22,167 nt of DNA from contig JAUQVK010000109.1 in NCBI GenBank assembly GCA_039794845.1, positions 1-22,167 on the forward strand, in the 5' to 3' direction. Shown in pieces: positions 16,094-22,167 of the stretch. The notes under the pieces were generated by a model. It had not been told where the DNA came from, made no database searches, and saw nothing but the letters and a program-made list of their open reading frames with translations. The position numbers and the translations under genes are program-made. Positions within the stretch are counted from its first letter, which is position 1; the number at the start of each line of letters is the position of its first letter. This stretch comes from Thermostichus sp. DRC_bins_24 (lineage in GTDB: Bacteria > Cyanobacteriota > Cyanobacteriia > Thermostichales > Thermostichaceae).

Positions 16094-16222
16094 TGGGGCA
16101 GCGGATGAGCAGCTAGTCTGCTCCATCCGCATGTTAGGCCGCCGCGAGCGTAGTGAGTAAAGGCTTACATGCGGACGTAGTCCGCCGCCCCATTAGACCG
16201 AGTGGGAAGCAGTCGGTCTAAT
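16091..16222. repeat. Nested inverted-repeat region containing an attC-like site and an inverted truncated copy
   Basis: Outer IR TAATGGGGCAGCGGA (16091-16105) / TCCGCCGCCCCATTA (16181-16195), 14/15 complementary. Inner stems 16101-16130, 16126-16175, 16171-16185. Perfect 10-bp stem ATTAGACCGA/TCGGTCTAAT (16192-16222). Confidence 0.8.
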
Positions 16223-16266
16223 CAGAAGATAAGATGTAACCCGCTTGAGTTGGATCCTTTGCAGCG

Positions 16267-17850
16267 ATGTCCCACCCCGAAGCCACGGCCTCTGCCGATC
16301 CATCCCCTGCTTGGCTCTCTCTTCGCCGTGGGATCCTCAATCTGTTGAGCCTGCTGGCTCTTTTGATTGTGGGTCTTTCCCTTTCTAGCAGTTGGTTTCA
16401 GACCCCTCCTCAAACCCAGTTGGATTTGTTTCAAACCAATTTGGCCCTGCAGGCTTCCCGCACCTTGGACGATCCCCGCTATCAGGATTTGGCACGGGCG
16501 CTACTGGGTCAGGATGTCTTCAAACTGGCCAACAATCGCTACCAACAAACTGCTGACAACTATGCCGAACGGCTGAAGCGACTGAAACGGTTGGCACAGC
16601 TAGCCCCCGCCGTCGAGCCGGAATCTGCCGACTCTGAGCCTGTCGAGCCCCCCCAGGTGGATCCTGTCCTTTTGGCCTCCATACAGGATTTGCAGACGGA
16701 GTTGGATGCCCTCTGGCTGCGTAGCGGTTTGCTCTATGCCTATCAGGAAAATGTGGAGCAGGCCGAACGAGAATGGCAGCGGGTGCTCGACCCAGAGCGT
16801 CCGGTGGAGCTGGAATCGACCCAAAAGGGGGTGGCACGGGTTTTGCAGGGGCTGTGGGCAACTCCTCGGCGCATTTTGCCAGAAGCAGAGGTGCAGATTC
16901 GCAATCATCTGGATGGCTGGTTTGAGGCGGTGGCCCTACAACGGTTGTACCGACTGCAACAGCGCAGCGACAATCTGAATGCCCTCAATCAACAGCAGGA
17001 GAGGTTAGCCTTAGCAGCTTTGTTCCGGCTGGCGGTGGTGGGCGGGATCCCGGTCTTGGGGGCGCTGCTGGGGTTGCTGCTGTTGTTGGGCTGGGTGGGC
17101 TGGACCCTTTGGCACAAACAACCCCTCCTGGGCCCTGCCTGGACGGTTCCTTGGCCTGGGGTTGGGGTACAGGCGGTGCTGACCGGTTGGTTTTTGGGGT
17201 TTATCGCCCTCAATACCTTGGTGCCCCAGCTTTACATGATTATCCTCGGCCTGCAGGCGCGGCAGCTCAGCCCGTGGCACCAGGCGGTGGCGCTGTTTCT
17301 CACCTACAATTCGGGTGCTTTGTTGGGGGCAGGCTTGTTGTATCGCCTTTTGCACCGCTATCCTGCCTCCCCAAGGGTGTTGCAGGTGAGGCTATTCGGC
17401 CCTTGGCTGCTGTGGGGGCTGTGTGGGTACTTGGTGGCCTTGCCTTTGGTGGTGTTGGCAGCGGCACTCTCGCAATTGCTCTTGCCCCAGGCGGGGGGAG
17501 GCAATCCCATCTTGCCCCTTCTGCTGGATAGCCAAGGCTGGGGGGCGCGGCTGGTGTTTTTTGCGGTGGTTTCCCTGTGTGCGCCAGTTTTTGAGGAGTG
17601 TCTGTTTCGGGGCTTTTGGCTGCCCGCCCTGAGCCGGTATGTGCCCATGTGGGCAGCCGTGGTGCTCAGCGCCTTCACCTTCGCCCTTGCCCACCTCAAT
17701 CTGTCGGATCTGTTGCCTCTAACGATGCTGGGAATTGTTTTGGGGGTGATCTACAGCCACTGCCGCAACCTGCTCGCCCCGATTTTGCTGCACAGCCTCT
17801 GGAATACGGGATCCCTGATTACGCTGCTGGTGTTGGGGGGGGCGCGCTAG
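16267..17850 (+). CDS. CPBP (CAAX/Abi) family intramembrane glutamic endopeptidase with large soluble N-terminal region
   Basis: 'APVFEECLFRG', 'FALAH', 'LLHSLWN' motifs; multiple TM helices. Confidence 0.92.
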   Translation: MSHPEATASADPSPAWLSLRRGILNLLSLLALLIVGLSLSSSWFQTPPQTQLDLFQTNLALQASRTLDDPRYQDLARALLGQDVFKLANNRYQQTADNYAERLKRLKRLAQLAPAVEPESADSEPVEPPQVDPVLLASIQDLQTELDALWLRSGLLYAYQENVEQAEREWQRVLDPERPVELESTQKGVARVLQGLWATPRRILPEAEVQIRNHLDGWFEAVALQRLYRLQQRSDNLNALNQQQERLALAALFRLAVVGGIPVLGALLGLLLLLGWVGWTLWHKQPLLGPAWTVPWPGVGVQAVLTGWFLGFIALNTLVPQLYMIILGLQARQLSPWHQAVALFLTYNSGALLGAGLLYRLLHRYPASPRVLQVRLFGPWLLWGLCGYLVALPLVVLAAALSQLLLPQAGGGNPILPLLLDSQGWGARLVFFAVVSLCAPVFEECLFRGFWLPALSRYVPMWAAVVLSAFTFALAHLNLSDLLPLTMLGIVLGVIYSHCRNLLAPILLHSLWNTGSLITLLVLGGAR

Positions 17851-17856
17851 GAGCGG

Positions 17857-18888
17857 CTACTTTTTCTTGCGGAAGAGGCGACCTAAGAACCCACCGTTGT
17901 CTTCTTTGCGGGGGGGCGGCACCACTTTTTGTGCCTGTGCGGTTTGGCGACTGGCCGCGGTTCCCGGAATGGGCTGTTGCTGCCCGGTTTGTTGCATCCA
18001 ACGGCGCACCTCCACCATCAACTCGGCATTGGTGGGCTCTAGGCGGGTGACTTGCAGAAAATCGGCCTTGGCCATGCCGGTGTTCCCTTGCTTCAGGTGG
18101 GCGATGCCCCGGTGGAGGTAATATCTCGCTACATTCGGCTCGGCACTGATGGCGAAGTTCAAGTATTGCACCGCATCCCGATATTGCTTGCGCTCGATCA
18201 TGTCCAGGGCTTGAATAAAGCGGGTCTCGCCGGGGCTGAGTTTAGGGGCGGGCGGCGGGGTGGGAACGGAGGGGGCTGGGGCAGCGGGTGGGGTGGCAGG
18301 TCGAGAGGCAGCGGCGGTGCCAGGGTAGCTTGTCGGGATCCCTCCTTGACTGCTGGAGGTGGTGGTGCGGCTTGGGGTACTGGCGGGGATCCCTTTGTAG
18401 TTGGCTTTGAGCAACAGATAGGCCAGGTTCAACTCACTCAGCTGCTCGGTCTTGTTGAGCATCTGCTCCATGGAGCAGTATTGCTCTGCCGCAAGCTTCT
18501 GTACCCGCTTGACGTACTCTTCTTGCCAATTGGCGGACTCTGCCAACCCTTTAACCGCTTCCCCACTAGGCCAGAGATCCGGAGGCGGCGCATCCAGCAG
18601 CCGTTTGATCCGCAGTTTGATCACGGCTTCGTACTCCCCTCGTTCTCGATCTTTGGTCAGTATCTCGTTGGCGGGGCTGACCAGCTTGGCAAACAGGAGG
18701 TTGGCACGTTCTGCCGCATCGGGATCCCCGACAAATCGATCCGGGTGGAGGGCCTTGGCCGCCTGGAGATAGCCGCGTCGGATCCCTTTGGAGTCGGCGG
18801 TAAGGGGAACTCCCAAGATGGCAAAGTAGTCTGCTTCGTAACGGGCTAACCCTCGGTTGATGCGGGGGACATCACTGCTGGATCCCAT
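17857..18888 (-). CDS. J-domain (DnaJ type III) protein with Pro/Ser-rich linker and TPR-like region
   Basis: 'DYFAILGV...LHPDRF' HPD motif, low-complexity linker, TPR-like 'YRDAVQYLNFAISAEPNVARYYLHRGIAHLKQG'. Start at ATG 18888 or GTG 18897. Confidence 0.88.
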   Translation of the reverse strand: MGSSSDVPRINRGLARYEADYFAILGVPLTADSKGIRRGYLQAAKALHPDRFVGDPDAAERANLLFAKLVSPANEILTKDRERGEYEAVIKLRIKRLLDAPPPDLWPSGEAVKGLAESANWQEEYVKRVQKLAAEQYCSMEQMLNKTEQLSELNLAYLLLKANYKGIPASTPSRTTTSSSQGGIPTSYPGTAAASRPATPPAAPAPSVPTPPPAPKLSPGETRFIQALDMIERKQYRDAVQYLNFAISAEPNVARYYLHRGIAHLKQGNTGMAKADFLQVTRLEPTNAELMVEVRRWMQQTGQQQPIPGTAASRQTAQAQKVVPPPRKEDNGGFLGRLFRKKK

Positions 18889-19832
18889 AGTTGCCACTTC
18901 TCCAAGATTTGTTGCAAGGTTCCATCTACGCTCAGGGTTGCGATTGCCTCATCCACAGCCTGCTTTAGGGAGGGATGTTGCGACGAGACCACGCCCACCA
19001 GAGGGACGGGGAACAGGGGCGGCCCCGTCAGACGAAGACGGGATCCCGGTTGGCGCAAGTTCATGGCCGCAACGGGTTGATCGATGAGCACCGCATCCAA
19101 CTGCCCGGCCTGTAACTGAGCAAACAAGCGCTCGGGGTTACTGGTGGCAAACAGGCGGATTGCATTGCCCCTTCTCTCGTTGTACGCCTCTAGCAAGGCT
19201 GCCCCCGTACTATTGACTACAATGCCCACCTTGCGACCAAACAATTGCGATAGCTCCTCAATCGGCGGCTCTTCTCGGGTTGGCGGGACGGAGTCCTTTG
19301 GAGAGGGATCCCGAACCACCAGGCGTTGTGGGCTGAGATAGTAGGGCTGAGTGGCCAAAAACTGCTCGGCATCCAAACCCAAGGGTTCCCGTGCCCCCCA
19401 GATCAAATCCACCTCATCCGCTTGCAAAGCCGCCAACTGCTCGCTCCAAGCGACGTAGATGGGGTTAACCTGCACCTGAAGCCTGCGGGCGATTGCCTCC
19501 AGGATATCCCACTCAAAGCCTGCGTAGGTTTCCCGATCCAGATCTGTATAGAGATAAGCATGGCCCAGGCTCGGATCCAAACCAACGCGGAGGTATCCTC
19601 GCTCCCGGATATCAGCCCAACGGGAATCGGTGGCCTGGTTCCCTACGTCAGAGGAATTGGATGGGGCTTGCCCCCCCAAGAGCCCTTCCGGTTGACTGTA
19701 GCCCCGACCGGCGGTGGCGGCCCCGACAACCATCGCCCCCAGAATTAACGTGAGGCTAAACTTTACCGCCCAATGGCGATGCTGCTGTTTTCTGTTGACC
19801 AACCTACTGCTCCTACCCTGCTTGATAAGCAT
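18846..19832 (-). CDS. Polar amino acid ABC transporter substrate-binding protein (SBP_bac_3-like)
   Basis: 'IRERGYLRVG', 'AGFEWDILEAIARRL', 'TQPYY', 'DGTLQQILEKW'; hydrophobic N-terminal signal. ATG abuts the suhB stop. Confidence 0.85.
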   Translation of the reverse strand: MLIKQGRSSRLVNRKQQHRHWAVKFSLTLILGAMVVGAATAGRGYSQPEGLLGGQAPSNSSDVGNQATDSRWADIRERGYLRVGLDPSLGHAYLYTDLDRETYAGFEWDILEAIARRLQVQVNPIYVAWSEQLAALQADEVDLIWGAREPLGLDAEQFLATQPYYLSPQRLVVRDPSPKDSVPPTREEPPIEELSQLFGRKVGIVVNSTGAALLEAYNERRGNAIRLFATSNPERLFAQLQAGQLDAVLIDQPVAAMNLRQPGSRLRLTGPPLFPVPLVGVVSSQHPSLKQAVDEAIATLSVDGTLQQILEKWQLWDPAVMSPASTEG

Positions 19833-20708
19833 TCACTGCTTCAATTCTTTACTCTTTAATTCTTTCCGGGTTGTTTCAGGATCCCCCCGCATCGGGAACG
19901 ATACCGACAAAGGCCGTACCTGCGCCAATTCCTGCTGCAGGGCACTGTGCAACCAGCCGTTGCTGGCCAGCAGCCTGCCGCTGTACACATCCACCGGGCT
20001 CCCATCGTAGGCGGTTACCTTGCCCCCAGCTTCGCGCACCAAGACGATCCCTGCCGCAATATCCCAGGGGGAGAGGCCCCGTTCCCAGTAGCCATCCAAC
20101 CGGCCTGTGGCCACATAGGCCAAGTCCAGGGCGGCAGAACCACCGCGACGCACCCCTTGGCTGAGATGGGTGAAATGACAAAACTCGGCATAGTTGTTGT
20201 CTGGGGTTTCACGGCGATCGTAGGCAAAGCCGGTAACCAAGAGGCTGCGGGATAATTCGGCAGTGGTGGATACTCGGATGGGTTGGCGGTTACGGGTTGC
20301 CCCCATTCCTTGTCCGGCCCGAAACAGATCCCCTTGAAACACATCGCAGATCACCCCCAACACCGGCTCCCGCCCCTGCAGCAAGCCAATGGAGACCGCA
20401 GCAAAAGGGTAGCCATGGGCAAAGTTGGTGGTGCCATCCAAGGGATCGATCATCCAGGCGTAGAGGCCTTGGGCGGATCCCTGCTGGCCGGATTCTTCCG
20501 TCAGAATCACATCTTCGGGGAAGTGGCGTCTTAAAATTTTCAGGATCAGGTCTTCAGAAGCACGATCCGCCGCCGTTACCAGGTCTCCGGGACGTTTTTC
20601 TTCAACGGCCAGAGTGCCCCCCACATAACTGCGCAGCAGCGCTGCCGCTGCTATTGCAGCTTCCGAAGCAACATCCAATCGACGCAGCAGGGCATCCGTC
20701 ACACCCAC
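19833..20708 (-). CDS. suhB: Inositol monophosphatase family protein
   Basis: 'DLVTAAD', 'EES', 'WMIDPLDGTTNFAHG', 'GSAALDLAYVATGRLDGYWE...WDIAAG'. GTG start at 20708 or 20702. Confidence 0.9.
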   Translation of the reverse strand: MGVTDALLRRLDVASEAAIAAAALLRSYVGGTLAVEEKRPGDLVTAADRASEDLILKILRRHFPEDVILTEESGQQGSAQGLYAWMIDPLDGTTNFAHGYPFAAVSIGLLQGREPVLGVICDVFQGDLFRAGQGMGATRNRQPIRVSTTAELSRSLLVTGFAYDRRETPDNNYAEFCHFTHLSQGVRRGGSAALDLAYVATGRLDGYWERGLSPWDIAAGIVLVREAGGKVTAYDGSPVDVYSGRLLASNGWLHSALQQELAQVRPLSVSFPMRGDPETTRKELKSKELKQ

Positions 20709-20968
20709 ACCTCAAGCTTAAGAATCTGTTACCCAGAATAACCCTGACAGACCCGAAGCCGAGTTCCTGGATCCCCAGGGATCCCAAATAAGACAATGGC
20801 TTTGCTTACCGAGAATTTTCAGGGAAAATGAGTTATCTACGTACCTTGAATTTGTGGGTTATCTGTCAAGCTACTGAGGCCGACGCTCTGTTGAGAGCTC
20901 CAACCAAGGCTCCCGGTTTGAGAAATAGCCCGCTCTGGGTATCGCTCAGCAGTGAGGGGTAGAAGCTG

Positions 20969-21517
20969 TTGCCACACGACGTTTTCACTTCGATAACTGA
21001 GATTGGTGGGGCGAATCTTCCCCCCAGTGACCCTGCGGGTACACCCGAGGATTTGTTCGATCGAGTGCCTGAGCAGCCGTTGTCCTACCCGGAGTTCACG
21101 CTGTCGATTTGCCATCCCCTACGGCCCTGTAGCTACATTTTGCGAGGCGATGCCTATGCGGTCGGACGGGATCCCTCCAATGCCCTGCAGATTGTCAATC
21201 GCTTTGTCTCCCGCCGCCATGCCTACCTGGTGCGGGTCCCGACGAAATCCAGCCGCACCGGCTTTACCTATTGTCTGATCGATGGCAACCGTCGGGGGCA
21301 ATCCAGCACCAATGGGGTCTTTGTCAATGGCACGCGGGTGGCCACCCATTACCTAAAAAGCGGGGATATCATCTACTTTGGGCCCGAAATACGCGCCTAT
21401 TTCTTCGAGGTGGCCCGAATCCCCCATGTGCCCAACCCCTTCATTTCCGGCATTGAAGATCCACGGCAGGGATCCGGTCGAACCGAGCACGACCCTGAGA
21501 GTTATCGCAACCGTTGA
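20969..21517 (+). CDS. FHA domain-containing protein
   Basis: FHA motifs 'VGRD', 'VSRRHA', 'STNGVFVNG', 'LKSGDIIYFG'. TTG start uncertain. Confidence 0.88.
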   Translation: MPHDVFTSITEIGGANLPPSDPAGTPEDLFDRVPEQPLSYPEFTLSICHPLRPCSYILRGDAYAVGRDPSNALQIVNRFVSRRHAYLVRVPTKSSRTGFTYCLIDGNRRGQSSTNGVFVNGTRVATHYLKSGDIIYFGPEIRAYFFEVARIPHVPNPFISGIEDPRQGSGRTEHDPESYRNR

Positions 21518-21543
21518 CAGAGGTAAAGTTGCATTGCTAGTTT
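21514..21543 (+). promoter_or_regulatory. Sigma70-type promoter of tRNA-Gln
   Basis: TTGACA (21514-19), 18-nt spacer, then TAGTTT (21538-43) with an extended -10 TG, 16 nt upstream of the tRNA. Confidence 0.65.
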
Positions 21544-21559
21544 GATTAAGCGCTTGAAT

Positions 21560-21631
21560 TGGGGCATCGCCAAGCGGTAAGGCAGCGGGTTTTGGTCCCG
21601 CCATTCGGTGGTTCGAATCCATCTGCCCCAG
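21560..21631 (+). tRNA. trnQ: tRNA-Gln(UUG)
   Basis: Acceptor TGGGGCA/TGCCCCA-G, D-arm GCC-AAGCGGTAA-GGC, anticodon arm GCGGG-TTTTGGT-CCCGC, T-loop TTCGAAT. CCA not encoded. Confidence 0.97.
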
Positions 21632-21671
21632 TAGTTTCAATTAATTTGGGTAATTTGGGATCCGGGTTGGT

Positions 21672-22167
21672 TCAATCGGGATAAGGGATCCGCAGGAGCT
21701 GGCGAATGTCGGGACGGCTGAGGCTCAGCTGTTTGCCGTCTGGCCACTGTACCTGCACCTCTTCGACCCCTGACTCGTGGCCCAACCCGAAATGCGCCAC
21801 CGGTTCCATTTGGCAGAGGTAGCCACTGCCCGCATCGATGGCCTGAATCTGAGTGCGGGTGGGGGTGAAGAGCTTCACCACGGCACCGCGGGCCGGGGAT
21901 CCCTGTCGGGTGAGGGGCAAAATTCTCAGCCAGCCATGCTCATTGGCCTGCGGACGGTACAGACTCAAGGGTTGCGGGCCTGCTTCTCCATGGGCGACTA
22001 GCAATTCCAAGCGACCATCTCCATCCCAATCGGCGACGGCAGCTCCTGTGCCCAACCCCTCTGGCTCGGCGGCCTCCCCAATATCGATCGCTTGCCAACG
22101 CCCCGCTCGGAAGGCAAACAGCCGGTTTGGCTCGCCCAGGTTATTGAAAAACAGCTCCGGATAGCCA
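21672..22167 (-). CDS. CRTAC1-family protein (FG-GAP repeats + ASPIC/UnbV domain), 5' end outside window
   Basis: Frame is open to the window end: 'GYPELFFNNLGEPNRLF...GTGAAVADWDGDGRLELLVAHGE...IDAGSGYLCQMEPVAHFGLG...VQWPDG'. Confidence 0.9.
   Translation of the reverse strand, partial: GYPELFFNNLGEPNRLFAFRAGRWQAIDIGEAAEPEGLGTGAAVADWDGDGRLELLVAHGEAGPQPLSLYRPQANEHGWLRILPLTRQGSPARGAVVKLFTPTRTQIQAIDAGSGYLCQMEPVAHFGLGHESGVEEVQVQWPDGKQLSLSRPDIRQLLRIPYPD

Larger units (their letters stand above)
479..21903. repeat. Highly iterated palindrome GGGATCCC (HIP1 variant), dispersed across the window
   Basis: About 39 perfect copies by manual count (e.g. 479, 1804, 8010, 8116, 11588, 18335, 21896) plus many 7/8 matches. 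Fewer than one is expected by chance in 22 kb. Confidence 0.93.

Noticed and set aside
15303..16139. 9-bp inverted repeat GCCTAACAT/ATGTTAGGC flanking trmB, and tandem AACATCCTG x2 at 15307-15324
   Set aside because: Too short and 800 bp apart; trmB is a core gene with normal composition, so this is probably chance or slippage.
21560..21671. tRNA-Gln as an integration site
   Set aside because: No integrase and no duplicated tRNA 3' end seen in the window; only 40 bp separate it from the convergent gene.
197..22164. Numerous antisense and alternate-frame ORFs of 60-265 aa (e.g. 8458-9180, 14851-15501, 18052-18849)
   Set aside because: They shadow well-supported genes in GC-rich DNA and show no recognisable motifs.

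Overview
Chromosomal window from a cyanobacterium, most likely a thermophilic hot-spring Synechococcus/Thermostichus. The octamer GGGATCCC occurs about 39 times by manual count, and I saw no canonical HIP1 GCGATCGC. It is mostly housekeeping genes: purK, rimI, msrA, ldh, trmB, suhB, a CAAX/CPBP protease, a J-domain/TPR protein, an FHA protein, a CRTAC1-like protein and tRNA-Gln(UUG). The most notable items are: (i) a 1308-aa membrane histidine kinase combining an extracytoplasmic Cache-like sensor with a DXCF-type cyanobacteriochrome GAF; (ii) a deoxyhypusine-synthase-like (SpeY/homospermidine) gene followed by a PotA-like ATPase and a YnjB-like binding protein with no permease, separated by a decayed toxin-antitoxin module whose toxin is internally deleted; (iii) two diverged copies of an unannotated, hairpin-rich 120-145 bp intergenic element; (iv) a structured intergenic region after trmB containing an integron attC-like site and an inverted derivative, with no integrase nearby.
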